Shown: positions 16,837 through 26,853, counted from the stretch's first letter. The stretch is DNA of 64,000 nucleotides from an uncultured Prevotellaceae bacterium (GCA_900318995.1 ONMR01000002.1:21373-85372), one strand, 5' to 3'. Notes: generated from the sequence alone by a model not told the origin. A program made the numbers and translations.

Positions 16837-19800
16837 TTACTCCCAGTTCTCCTGAGTCTTGCGGATGTAGCTCTGGTAGCGGAGCTTAGCCATACGCTGA
16901 GCCTCGGCAAAGAGTTCCTCAGCCTCGTTGGGATATGCCTTCTTGACTGAGAGGTAACGGACCTCACCCATCAGGAAGTCATGGAAGTTAGCCCAGTTAG
17001 GCTCCTTTGAGTCAAGTGAGAACGGATTCTTACCCTCTTCGATGAGAGCGGGATTGTAACGCCACAGGTGCCAGTAACCGCACTCGACAGCCTTCTTCTC
17101 CTCGGCCTGGCTCTTACCCATGCCGCCCTTGGCCTTAAGACCGTGGTTGATACAGGGAGCGTAAGCTATTACGATTGAAGGACCGTGCCAAGCCTCAGCC
17201 TCGCGGATAGCCTTGAGGCACTGTGCGTGATCGGCACCCATTGCAATCTGAGCAACATATACATAACCGTAAGTGGTGGCAATCATACCCAGATCCTTCT
17301 TGCGGATACGCTTACCCTGAGCGGCGAACTGGGCGATAGCACCCAGAGGAGTAGCCTTGGAGGCCTGACCGCCGGTATTTGAGTAAACCTCGGTATCCAG
17401 AACCAGGATGTTGACATCCTCACCGCTGGCAATTACATGGTCAAGACCGCCGTAACCTATATCGTATGATGCACCGTCACCACCGATGATCCACTGCGAA
17501 CGCTTAACCAGATAGTGGTCAAGAGTCTTGAGCTCAGTGCATACGGGGCAACCCTTGGCAGCACCGTCAGCAATGCATGCGCGCAACTTGGGAGCAATCT
17601 CCTTGGTCTTGTCGGCATCCTCCTTGTTGGCAATCCACTCCTGTGCCAGCTCCTTGTACTCGGCGCTGGTCTTGTCGGACTCAATCATCTCCTGGAGCAG
17701 CTTGGTAACGCGCTCTTTCATCTTCTTGTTACCCAGAGCCATACCCAGACCAAACTCGCAGAAGTCCTCAAACAGTGAGTTGTTGAATACAGGACCCTGA
17801 CCCTTCTCGTTCTTGGTGTAAGGAGTTGAAGGTATAGAAGCTGAGTAGATTGATGAGCAACCGGTAGCGTTGGCAATCATCTGACGGTCACCAAAGAGCT
17901 GTGAGAGCAGCTTGACGTACGGAGTCTCACCGCAACCTGAGCAAGCACCCGAGAACTCAAACAGAGGCTGAGCGAACTGTGAGTTCTTGACATTGCTCTT
18001 GATATCAACCAGATCCTGCTTTGAGGGAACCTTAACCAGCTTGTCCCAATCGGCAGCCATCTTCTTCATATCGGCTGCATCGGGGTTGAACGGAACCATT
18101 GTAAGGGCCTTGCCCAGCTTGGGGTTACCCGGGCAGATGTCGGCGCAGTTGCCGCAGCCAAGGCAATCCAGAACTGAAGGCTCGATGACAAAGTGCATTC
18201 CCTTCATAGCGGCGGGAGCCTTCATCTCGATGGTATCAAGACCGTCAAATCCCTTGAGCTCGTCATCGGTCAGGACAAACGGACGGATGGCAGCGTGAGG
18301 ACAGATGTATGCGCACTGGTTGCACTGGATACAGTTGTCCTTGTTCCATGCGGGAACGAAAGCCTCCACACCACGCTTCTCGTAAGCGGCGGTGCCAACC
18401 ATCCATGAACCGTCGGCAGTACCATGCTTTGTAAAGTCCGAAACCTTGAGCAGGTCACCGGCCTGGGCGTTGATAGGACGAACCAGCTCCTTGACGAATG
18501 CGGGAGCATCATCCTTCTTAGCCTCATCATCGGGCAGGTTAGCCCACTCGGGCTTAACGGTAAGCTGCTTGTACTCACCACCACGGTCGATAGCGGCGTA
18601 GTTCAGGTCAACCACATCCTGACCCTTAGCACCGTAAGACTTCAGGGCGGCTGCCTTCATCTTCTCAACGGCAAGCTCTACAGGAATAACGCCTGTGATG
18701 CGGAAGAAAGCAGACTGAAGGATAGTGTTGGTACGGTTACCCAGACCAATCTCCTGAGCAATCTTGGTAGCGTTGATGGTATAAACGGTGATATTGTTCT
18801 TGGCAAAGTAACGCTTTACCTTGTTAGGCATGAACTTCTCCAGCTCGTCGCCCTCAAAGATGGTGTTGAGCAGGAACTGACCGTTCTTCTGCAGACCGCG
18901 TGTAACATCGTACATGTGCAGGTAAGCCTGAACGTGGCATGCAACGAAGTTAGGTGTGGTTACCAGATAGGTGCTGCGGATAGGTGTGTCACCAAAACGC
19001 AGGTGTGAGCAGGTGAAACCGCCTGACTTCTTTGAGTCATATGAGAAGTAAGCCTGGCAATACTTATCGGTGTTGTCGCCGATGATCTTTACAGAGTTCT
19101 TGTTGGCACCTACGGTACCGTCGGCACCAAGACCGTAGAACTTAGCCTGGAACATGCCGGCACCGCCAAGAGCAATCTCCTCAACCTCGGGCAGTGATGT
19201 AAATGTAACATCATCAACAATACCGATGGTGAAGTGGTTCTTGGGCTCGGGCATAGCCAGGTTGTTGAATACGCTGATAATCTGAGCGGGAGTGGTATCG
19301 TGTGAGCCAAGACCGTAGCGGCCGCCTACGATGAGAGGACGGTCCTGAACATCGTAGTAAGCATCCTTAACGTCCAGATACAGAGGCTCGCCGTTTGCGC
19401 CGGGCTCCTTGGTACGATCCAGAACGGCAATGCGCTTAACAGTCTTGGGAACCGAAGCAAGCAGATGCTTGACTGAGAACGGACGATACAGGTGAACGCT
19501 GATCATACCAACCTTCTGGCCGTTGGCGTTCAGGTAGTCGATAGCCTCGCGGGCTGCATCGGTAGCAGAGCCCATCAGGATGATCATGCGGTCAGCATCC
19601 TTGGCACCGTAGTATGAGAACAGATGGTACTCACGGCCGGTTATCTTTGAAATCTCAACCAGATACTTCTCTACAACCTCGGGAACTGAATCATAGTAGG
19701 GGTTGCAGGCCTCACGGTGTGTGAAGAAAGTCTCGGGGTTCTCGGCGGTACCTCGTGTGATAGGACGCTCAGGACTCATAGCACGGTCACGGAAGCGCTT

Positions 19801-20400
19801 GATATACTCCTCATTAACCAACGGACGGATATCCTCCTGGTCCATCAGCTCAATCTTGTGATACTCGTGTGATGTACGGAAACCGTCAAAGAAGTTCACA
19901 AACGGAACGCAGGTCTCCAGAGTTGAAAGGTGAGCAACGGCTGTCAGGTCCATGACCTCCTGGACAGAACCCTCGCAAAGCATTGCGAAACCTGTCTGGC
20001 GGCAAGCCATAACATCCTGATGGTCACCGAAAATGCACAGAGCGTGACTGGCCAGTGTACGTGCCGATACATCGAACACGCAAGGAATCAGCTCACCTGC
20101 AATCTTGTACATGTTAGGGATCATCAGCAGAAGACCTTGAGAAGCGGTGAAGGTGGTTGTCAGAGCACCGGCCTGAAGTGAACCGTGCACTGCACCTGCG
20201 GCACCGGCCTCAGACTGCATTTCCTGAACTGAGACGGTCTGGCCCCAGAGGTTCTTTCTGCCACGGGCGGCCCACTCGTCAACGTGCTCCGCCATAGGTG
20301 ATGACGGGGTGATGGGGTAGATAGCGGCTACCTCCGAGAACATATAGCTCACGTGAGCCGCAGCCTCGTTACCATCACAAGTGATAAATTTCTTTGCCAT
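16837..20400 (-). CDS. nifJ: Pyruvate:ferredoxin (flavodoxin) oxidoreductase
   Basis: 1187 aa. It has two 4Fe-4S motifs ('CIQCNQCAYICP', 'CLGCGNCADICP') and a TPP-binding region ('GGDGASYDIGYGGLDH'). Confidence 0.97.
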   Translation of the reverse strand: MAKKFITCDGNEAAAHVSYMFSEVAAIYPITPSSPMAEHVDEWAARGRKNLWGQTVSVQEMQSEAGAAGAVHGSLQAGALTTTFTASQGLLLMIPNMYKIAGELIPCVFDVSARTLASHALCIFGDHQDVMACRQTGFAMLCEGSVQEVMDLTAVAHLSTLETCVPFVNFFDGFRTSHEYHKIELMDQEDIRPLVNEEYIKRFRDRAMSPERPITRGTAENPETFFTHREACNPYYDSVPEVVEKYLVEISKITGREYHLFSYYGAKDADRMIILMGSATDAAREAIDYLNANGQKVGMISVHLYRPFSVKHLLASVPKTVKRIAVLDRTKEPGANGEPLYLDVKDAYYDVQDRPLIVGGRYGLGSHDTTPAQIISVFNNLAMPEPKNHFTIGIVDDVTFTSLPEVEEIALGGAGMFQAKFYGLGADGTVGANKNSVKIIGDNTDKYCQAYFSYDSKKSGGFTCSHLRFGDTPIRSTYLVTTPNFVACHVQAYLHMYDVTRGLQKNGQFLLNTIFEGDELEKFMPNKVKRYFAKNNITVYTINATKIAQEIGLGNRTNTILQSAFFRITGVIPVELAVEKMKAAALKSYGAKGQDVVDLNYAAIDRGGEYKQLTVKPEWANLPDDEAKKDDAPAFVKELVRPINAQAGDLLKVSDFTKHGTADGSWMVGTAAYEKRGVEAFVPAWNKDNCIQCNQCAYICPHAAIRPFVLTDDELKGFDGLDTIEMKAPAAMKGMHFVIEPSVLDCLGCGNCADICPGNPKLGKALTMVPFNPDAADMKKMAADWDKLVKVPSKQDLVDIKSNVKNSQFAQPLFEFSGACSGCGETPYVKLLSQLFGDRQMIANATGCSSIYSASIPSTPYTKNEKGQGPVFNNSLFEDFCEFGLGMALGNKKMKERVTKLLQEMIESDKTSAEYKELAQEWIANKEDADKTKEIAPKLRACIADGAAKGCPVCTELKTLDHYLVKRSQWIIGGDGASYDIGYGGLDHVIASGEDVNILVLDTEVYSNTGGQASKATPLGAIAQFAAQGKRIRKKDLGMIATTYGYVYVAQIAMGADHAQCLKAIREAEAWHGPSIVIAYAPCINHGLKAKGGMGKSQAEEKKAVECGYWHLWRYNPALIEEGKNPFSLDSKEPNWANFHDFLMGEVRYLSVKKAYPNEAEELFAEAQRMAKLRYQSYIRKTQENWE

Positions 20401-20436
20401 AATCTGAAATATGTTTTTTTGAAAATCTTGTGTCTG

Positions 20437-21615
20437 TCAATAAAGCATTCCGAACATCCAGAGCGGAATGACGTTCTCATTTCCCACATCCAGCCCATCG
20501 ACCGCATAGAACGAATCCTGCTGCTGGCGTGTCTTGCCCTCGGTGGTGGAGACCTTGAAGTTTATGCCTCCGTCCACCAGGAACGACCAGCCCTTGGCAC
20601 CCTTGTGCACCACATGGTCCTTCCACATGGAGTTGACAAAGAAGGTGTCAATCACATCCTGCCGGTCCTGACGCGGCGGATAGATGGTGTAAATCAGGTT
20701 TGAGTTATGCATCAGCACGCGGCAGGGTTTCTTGGGGAAACTGTCACCCTTGGCATAAACCATATTGATGAGTCGGGCATCGGCCAGATACTTAATGTAG
20801 TTCATGACCGTGGCGCGTGACGTATCGGTCTCAATAGCCAGCTGGCTTACATTGGGGGCCGATGTACCCTGCACCGCCATCATGTAGAAAAGTTTCTTGA
20901 TCTTGGCCAGGTACTTAAGGTCTATCTGCTTGATGAGCAGTATATCAACCTCCATCATCATGTTCATGGTCTTGAGAAGGTTCTCGGAGTAGTTGCGCTG
21001 CTGCAGGAAGAACGGATAGAAACCATGATGCAGATAATCCTGGAAATAATCCAGCGGATTTACCTGCTGCAGCACATCCTGAGCAATCTGAACATGATTC
21101 CTGAGTATGTCATCCAGACGATGTGCCTTGAACTGCGTGCCGGCCTTAAGGTTCAGGAACTCGCGGAATGAGAAACCGCGCAGGTTATATGAGCTTACAA
21201 TACCGTTAAGTTCCGGGTTCTCCTCCTTAAGACGCATCACCGATGATCCCGTAAAGATGATCTTAAGGTCAGGGTACATATCATAGCACTTGCGCAGCTC
21301 CCTGCTCCAGTCCGGATGCTTGAACACCTGGTCTATCAGCAGCACCTTGCCCCCCATCTTATGGAAATTACCCGCAAACTCGGCAATGCCGTGACCCTGG
21401 AAATAGAAGTTGTTCATGTTTATGTACAGGCAGGAACGGTCACGCCCGAATTTCTCCTTGGCATACTGAAGCAGGAACGTGGTCTTGCCCACCCCGCGCG
21501 TGCCCTTGATACCTATCATGCGGCTGGACCAGTCAATCTCATCCATGAGGTCACGCCTTACAGATGCCTGCAAGTGCTCCACCAGATAGTCATGTGTCCT
21601 GAAAAACTGCTCCAT
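20437..21615 (-). CDS. AAA+ ATPase family protein (COG1373-like, ATPase plus C-terminal DUF4143-like region)
   Basis: Walker A 'GTRGVGKTT' and Walker B 'LLIDQV'. I prefer ATG 21615 ('MEQFF'). The track's 21636 start is a GTG buried in a 5' hairpin (21627-21650). Confidence 0.7.
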   Translation of the reverse strand: MEQFFRTHDYLVEHLQASVRRDLMDEIDWSSRMIGIKGTRGVGKTTFLLQYAKEKFGRDRSCLYINMNNFYFQGHGIAEFAGNFHKMGGKVLLIDQVFKHPDWSRELRKCYDMYPDLKIIFTGSSVMRLKEENPELNGIVSSYNLRGFSFREFLNLKAGTQFKAHRLDDILRNHVQIAQDVLQQVNPLDYFQDYLHHGFYPFFLQQRNYSENLLKTMNMMMEVDILLIKQIDLKYLAKIKKLFYMMAVQGTSAPNVSQLAIETDTSRATVMNYIKYLADARLINMVYAKGDSFPKKPCRVLMHNSNLIYTIYPPRQDRQDVIDTFFVNSMWKDHVVHKGAKGWSFLVDGGINFKVSTTEGKTRQQQDSFYAVDGLDVGNENVIPLWMFGMLY

Positions 21616-21652
21616 ATATAACACGCGTCCGCGCACTCGTGTGCACGGACCG

Positions 21653-21660
21653 CAAAGTTA
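21653..21660 (-). promoter_or_regulatory. -7 promoter box (TAACTTTG) for the AAA ATPase gene
   Basis: Perfect TAnnTTTG on the minus strand, about 38 nt upstream of ATG 21615. Confidence 0.5.
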
Positions 21661-21669
21661 ATACAAATA

Positions 21670-21691
21670 CTCCACATTTTGCAAAGTGGAG
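21670..21691 (-). terminator. Hairpin ending the REC/ATP-grasp-cstA-kinase-like operon
   Basis: CTCCAC...GTGGAG stem with an AT-rich loop, followed on the minus strand by TATTTGTATT. It lies 33 nt after the stop at 21724. Confidence 0.4.
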
Positions 21692-21723
21692 TTTGCAATT
21701 TAATGCTTTTTATTACACCCCTG

Positions 21724-22365
21724 TTATTTGCCCAGATAAGAGAGTATCATAGCCACCGCCTTATCCTCATCAATATAATCCATATTGAGCACAATATGGT
21801 AGTTGCGGGCATCATAGCGGCTCTGGCCGGTATAGCGCAGAACGTAGTTATCACGCGCCTTGTCAACGCTTTCAATAACCTCAATGGCCTTTTCACGGGT
21901 AAGGTTCTGCTTGCTCATGATGCGGGCAATACGGTTTTCAAGTGAGGCTGTGATAAGTACATCAACCTTGTTGGGGCGGTCCTTGAGCACAAAGAAACCT
22001 GAGCGGCCGGCAATAACGCATGAGCCCTCATCGGCTATACCGTTAAGAATCTGCCTCTCAGCCTCAAACACATCATTCACGCTGAGTGATGAGTTGTACT
22101 CGCTTATGTAATCGCTGTCACCGTCAACCAGCAGGCCGCTCATGGGCACAGGAGCCACCATCTGGATGAAATCATCCAGCCAGCGTTTCTTCTTGCCCTT
22201 AAGTTCCTCTATACTGCTTGCGGAAAGGTTGAGTTTTGCCTGGAGTGCATCAATAAGCTCTTTGTCACTGAAACGAACACCCAGTTTCTCTGCCAGTTTA
22301 CGGCCGATAGTTCTACCGCCGGAGCCAACCTCGCGGCTTATGGTTATTACGAATGGTTCTTTCAT
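21724..22365 (-). CDS. Cytidylate kinase-like family protein (degenerate P-loop)
   Basis: 213 aa. The N-terminus 'VITISREVGSGGRTIGRKLAEKLG' is typical of the Cmk-like (Cytidylate_kin2-type) family, with Arg in place of the Walker A Lys. Confidence 0.7.
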   Translation of the reverse strand: MKEPFVITISREVGSGGRTIGRKLAEKLGVRFSDKELIDALQAKLNLSASSIEELKGKKKRWLDDFIQMVAPVPMSGLLVDGDSDYISEYNSSLSVNDVFEAERQILNGIADEGSCVIAGRSGFFVLKDRPNKVDVLITASLENRIARIMSKQNLTREKAIEVIESVDKARDNYVLRYTGQSRYDARNYHIVLNMDYIDEDKAVAMILSYLGK

Positions 22366-22398
22366 TGTTATGCTGTTTTATATCCTTCTTTATAAAAA

Positions 22399-23829
22399 TC
22401 ACTCCTCATCCACCTTGACAAGCCCCTTGTCCAGACGGCGTTTCCAAAGCAGGTAGATGACAAGGAACGTCAATGCCACTACTCCGGCAATAATGTAGGC
22501 AATCCACGGGGCAAGCCGGAACCCTTCAGGGGCCATAAAGATGTATGTCACCGTTACAATTGTCATGAACATGGCTGGTATCAGAGTTACCAACATATTC
22601 TTCTTCTGCCGGGTCAGATAGACCGTAACAGCCCAGAGTGTGAACACCGCAAGTGTCTGGTTGGACCATGCAAAGTAGCGCCATACTATATTGAAGCCCT
22701 CCTTGTCACGAATGCTATATAGCAGAGCTGCCAGAGTTATCACGAACAGCGGGATGCTTATAGCCAGACGGCGGCCAATGGATTTCTGCTTGATCTTAAA
22801 GAAATCAGCCACAATAAGACGGGCCGAACGCAAAGCGGTATCTCCGGTTGAGATAGGAGCAGCCACAACACCAAGTATCGCAAGCACGCCACCTACCTTG
22901 CCAAGCCAGGTTTTGGATATTTCAAGAACAATTGCAGCAGCACCAAGGTCCGTTCCGTGCTCGCCAAAGTATGCGGTGGCGGCTGCTGCCCAGATAAGAG
23001 CTACAATGCCTTCGGATATCATTGCGCCATAGAAAACGATACGGCCCTTGGATTCATTGGTCATGCAGCGCGCCATAAGGGGAGATTGTGTTGCATGGAA
23101 TCCGCTTATTGCACCGCAGGCGATCGATATGAACATCATGGGGAATATGGGATTCTTGTCATATTTGGTGCCGAATCCGTTCCACATCTCAGGCAGTTCA
23201 GGACGCTCCACAAGCAGGGCAATCATTATGCCGAAAGCCATGAACAGCAGAGCGGCACCGAATATGGGATAGAACTTTCCGATAATCTTATCTATAGGGA
23301 AAAGGGTTGCAATCAGATAATAGACGAATATTATGGCAATCCATGTGTTTATCCCCACTGCATTATTGGTAAGGCGTGCCAGTATATCGGCCGGCTGTGA
23401 GATAAACACCGCACCTACAAGAATCAGAAGGACTAAAGAGAAGATAATGAAAACCTTCTGCACCGGACCACCCAGATAGCGGCCAATCAGCTGCGGCAGG
23501 CTCTCGCCTCCGTGACGCATGGACATCATTCCCGAAAGGTAATCGTGAACGCTGCCTGCAAATATCGTTCCGAACACAATCCACAGGTATGCACCCGTTC
23601 CGAACTTGGCACCCATAATGGCGCCGAATATCGGGCCCAGACCTGCAATATTCAGGAACTGGATCATGTAGGCTTTCCAGGTGGGCATAGCAATGTAATC
23701 CACACCGTCAGCCATACTCTTGGCCGGCACATCACGGTTAGGGTCAGCCCCAAAAAGACGCTCAATGAATTTTCCGTAGAACACATAGCCCAGTACCAGG
23801 ACTATCAAAGCTATCACGAACGTTATCAT
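22399..23829 (-). CDS. cstA: Carbon starvation protein A family transporter
   Basis: 476 aa and polytopic, with 'FGHQFAAIAG'-type region equivalents ('FLNIAGLGPIFGAIMGAKFG'). Confidence 0.9.
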   Translation of the reverse strand: MITFVIALIVLVLGYVFYGKFIERLFGADPNRDVPAKSMADGVDYIAMPTWKAYMIQFLNIAGLGPIFGAIMGAKFGTGAYLWIVFGTIFAGSVHDYLSGMMSMRHGGESLPQLIGRYLGGPVQKVFIIFSLVLLILVGAVFISQPADILARLTNNAVGINTWIAIIFVYYLIATLFPIDKIIGKFYPIFGAALLFMAFGIMIALLVERPELPEMWNGFGTKYDKNPIFPMMFISIACGAISGFHATQSPLMARCMTNESKGRIVFYGAMISEGIVALIWAAAATAYFGEHGTDLGAAAIVLEISKTWLGKVGGVLAILGVVAAPISTGDTALRSARLIVADFFKIKQKSIGRRLAISIPLFVITLAALLYSIRDKEGFNIVWRYFAWSNQTLAVFTLWAVTVYLTRQKKNMLVTLIPAMFMTIVTVTYIFMAPEGFRLAPWIAYIIAGVVALTFLVIYLLWKRRLDKGLVKVDEE

Positions 23830-23838
23830 ATTGTTTTG

Positions 23839-26790
23839 TTACTTTATCATTGCCTTATTGTTGCGGCCGTCAATGCATATCTCCAGCTCGCGGTCAAACT
23901 TTACGTGACGAAGGAACTCAGTCTCCTCAACGGCCGGAAGTTTTTCAAGCACGTCATAATCAAATACATCACCCATACCTGAATAAGGATCAACGTTGAT
24001 GTAACCGGCATTGAATGATGTAAGGTTCTGGAAGAAATGGGTTCCCTGACTGGGATCAACACGGAAATCCTCAAGGCCGCACTCCACTATCACCTTGGCC
24101 TCAGATATATCACCCCACTGCACGGGTACGCCCAGTGAAGGTATGCTGGAGCCCCATCGGCCGTAACCTATAAGCACGTAGTTGAGGCCTTGGGTGCGCA
24201 TGCGGCTGTTCATTGCGGTCAGCTCACGTGCCATCTGAGTGGTCTTCTGGGTATCAAATGTATCCATCTTGAGGTAAATCACATCGGTAAGGCCCTTTAT
24301 CCAGCCTGTACCCAGCGCGCTCTCTGATTTTATGAGGGCTCCCTCAGTATCAATCTCATCCCAGTCAACATCAACATTACGGCTGTCAACTGATATGGGG
24401 CGTATCTGCAGCACATTGAACTTGGGCAGTTTATTGGGGTCACCGCCGCGGTCCAGATCGGCCGCAAACTCTATCTCAACGCCGCATTTCATCTCCTTTC
24501 GGGCTATATCAAGCAGTTCATCTACAATCTCGGCCAACGGGAATGTCTTGTACTTGAGCATCTGGGCAAAGGTGATGAACCTTGGGCCCGTAGGATATGC
24601 AGAGTCAACCATTCGCTGGTTCTCCAGGTCAAAGGTGCTGACCACATACTTGAGGTTGCGGAACTTCTCACAGTCAGCAATGCTGATGCGCTCCAGGTTC
24701 ACGGCATCATCAATTGATGTGGTGAACTTCTCAGGCTTAAGGTTAAGCGCGAACATTGACTTCTGGGTCTCAGTCATGGTCTGCTCCACTGTCGATGTCT
24801 GAAGCACATGCTTGGGGTACTTGGGTGAGAACCGCAGTACCTGGTCACCATCAACCACAGCCTTGCCAAGTCCGAACGCCACCTTCACGATACCGTCCTC
24901 GGCCTTTTCATGACCTATGGGATAGAAGTTGACCGAACGGGCCACACCGGACAGCGTGGGGAAGAAATAGCCCTGGTCACTGCTGCCGCAAATCTCCTGC
25001 AGAATGATGGCCATCTTCTCCTCGGAAATCACATTGGCCGTAGCGGTTATATAGCTACGTGACGATGCGTAGAAGATTGATGCATATACGCTCTTGATGG
25101 CCTTGGAGAGCAGACGCAGCTGCTGGTCCTCATTGTCGGTACGCGGAATCATGTATGTTGAATAGACTCCGGCAAACGGCTGGTAATATGAATCCTCCAG
25201 CTTGGACGACGAGCGTACGGCAAGCGGTTTGCGGATATTGTGTATGAATACCTTCAGGTTGTCAATCAGGTCACGAGGCAGAGACGATGCCACAAACTCG
25301 GCCAGAATCTCATCGTCCGATATGTCTGAGTTGATGACATACTGTAGTCCGTTGTCTATGATGAACCGGTCAAAATACTCAGTGGTGATGACAAGAGTAC
25401 GGGGTGTGGTTATACGTACATCCTCATACTTGTCAAACATATCATACTTGACCAGGATATGGTTAAGGAATGCCAGGCCACGGGCCTTGCCGCCCAGCGA
25501 GCCGTTACCCAGACGCGCAAACCTTATCGTATCGTTGTAGGTCTTGGGATCGAAACGTGCCACAACGCCCACGCCCTGATTGAGACGGAAATCATGTATC
25601 ATCTTAAGGTTGATACGGCGAATCTCAGGCAGTTCGGCATCGTTATGGATGGTGAGCGGACGCAGCTGCTTGCCCAGTGCAAACAAACCGCGTGCAAACA
25701 ACCATCTTGATATATAGTTCTTGTCACTCAGACGGCGGAAATCGCGGTCCGATATGTTCTTGACTATCTTCTCGAATCCGTACAGGTCACTGGCACGGAG
25801 CAGCTCCTCACCCGTATTGGGATCGGTCACCACAAAATCACCGAATCCGAACTCACGGCCTATGTATTCCGACAAGTCATGGGTAAGGGTCTTGGAGGTC
25901 TTTACAACAAAGCCCACGCCCAGCTGACTTGCCACCTCACGCATACTCTCCTGCGACGACTGCATAAGTATGGGCATGGTGGGGTTGTCGGCATGTATAT
26001 GGTTGACCAGGTCTATACCTGCATCCAGTTTCTCGGTCTCGGGGGCATCGTCCTTATGTATTACGAATCCTATGTCCGATATCACTCCCAGTATGTTCTG
26101 CTTGTAGCGCTCGTAAAGCTCTACGGCCTCATCGTAACAGGTGGCCATGAGTATCTTGGGGCGCGAGCGCTTGCGCAGGGTCTGCTGTTTCTCGTTCAGG
26201 GTGTCGCGGATGGCCTCTATGTTCTGCTGCAGCACCAGCTTGTAGAGCACAGGCAGATAGGTTGAATAGTAGCGCACCGAGTCCTCTATCAGAAGTATGG
26301 CGCGCACGCCCTCCTCCAGTATGTCGTGCTCGGCATTCATGCGGTCCTCAAGCAGCTTGATGATGGCAATCATCAGGTCGGTTGAGTTGTTCCAGCAGAA
26401 GAACCAGTCTATGGCGCTGCCCGTGCGGTCCTGCATGCGGTTGAATATCTCACGTGAGAATGTGGCCAGCAGGACTATGGGCGTATCGGGAGCAATCTGC
26501 TTCATGCGCTTGGAGAATTCAAACACATCGACCTCGCCCACGTTGTACATGGTTATGACCAGATCGAACGATGTATCGGTCCTGGCCAGCTCCAATGCCT
26601 CAAGCGTAGTCTCCACACGGATAATGTCAGGCGGGTTACTCAGGTTGAGTTCGGCATAGTCCTGTGCAATCTGCGCCTCAATATGGCCGTCCTCCTCGAG
26701 TGAGTAGCTGTCATAATTGTTGCATACCAGCAGTATCCGGCGGATACGGCGGGCCATGAGTTCGGGATGATGATTGTCTTTCTCCTCCAT
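23839..26790 (-). CDS. Two receiver-like domains fused to a PEP synthase/PPDK-type nucleotide-binding (ATP-grasp, PPDK_N) domain; the C-terminal ~300 aa are unassigned
   Basis: REC-like 1 reads 'RILLVCNNYDS...DLVITMYNVG' and has a degenerate acidic pocket. REC-like 2 reads 'AILLIEDS...GVISDIGF'. PPDK_N motifs are 'GNGSLGGKARGLAFLN' and 'LAVRSSSKLEDSYYQPFAGVYST'. I see no swivel-His motif. Confidence 0.7.
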   Translation of the reverse strand: MEEKDNHHPELMARRIRRILLVCNNYDSYSLEEDGHIEAQIAQDYAELNLSNPPDIIRVETTLEALELARTDTSFDLVITMYNVGEVDVFEFSKRMKQIAPDTPIVLLATFSREIFNRMQDRTGSAIDWFFCWNNSTDLMIAIIKLLEDRMNAEHDILEEGVRAILLIEDSVRYYSTYLPVLYKLVLQQNIEAIRDTLNEKQQTLRKRSRPKILMATCYDEAVELYERYKQNILGVISDIGFVIHKDDAPETEKLDAGIDLVNHIHADNPTMPILMQSSQESMREVASQLGVGFVVKTSKTLTHDLSEYIGREFGFGDFVVTDPNTGEELLRASDLYGFEKIVKNISDRDFRRLSDKNYISRWLFARGLFALGKQLRPLTIHNDAELPEIRRINLKMIHDFRLNQGVGVVARFDPKTYNDTIRFARLGNGSLGGKARGLAFLNHILVKYDMFDKYEDVRITTPRTLVITTEYFDRFIIDNGLQYVINSDISDDEILAEFVASSLPRDLIDNLKVFIHNIRKPLAVRSSSKLEDSYYQPFAGVYSTYMIPRTDNEDQQLRLLSKAIKSVYASIFYASSRSYITATANVISEEKMAIILQEICGSSDQGYFFPTLSGVARSVNFYPIGHEKAEDGIVKVAFGLGKAVVDGDQVLRFSPKYPKHVLQTSTVEQTMTETQKSMFALNLKPEKFTTSIDDAVNLERISIADCEKFRNLKYVVSTFDLENQRMVDSAYPTGPRFITFAQMLKYKTFPLAEIVDELLDIARKEMKCGVEIEFAADLDRGGDPNKLPKFNVLQIRPISVDSRNVDVDWDEIDTEGALIKSESALGTGWIKGLTDVIYLKMDTFDTQKTTQMARELTAMNSRMRTQGLNYVLIGYGRWGSSIPSLGVPVQWGDISEAKVIVECGLEDFRVDPSQGTHFFQNLTSFNAGYINVDPYSGMGDVFDYDVLEKLPAVEETEFLRHVKFDRELEICIDGRNNKAMIK

Positions 26791-26798
26791 CGGTCTTA

Positions 26799-26832
26799 TA
26801 AAAAATTGGGCCGGCTTTTGCTAAGCCAGCCC
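26799..26832 (-). terminator. gdhA terminator
   Basis: The minus strand reads GGGCTGGCTTAGCAAAAGCCGGCCC followed by AATTTTTT, about 20 nt after the gdhA stop. Confidence 0.7.
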
Positions 26833-26839
26833 AAAATTA
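26832..26839 (-). promoter_or_regulatory. -7 box (TAATTTTG) abutting the gdhA terminator; possible promoter of the REC/ATP-grasp operon
   Basis: Perfect TAnnTTTG on the minus strand, immediately 5' of the hairpin and 42 nt upstream of ATG 26790. Confidence 0.35.
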
Positions 26840-26853
26840 TCAATTTGTCAGGA

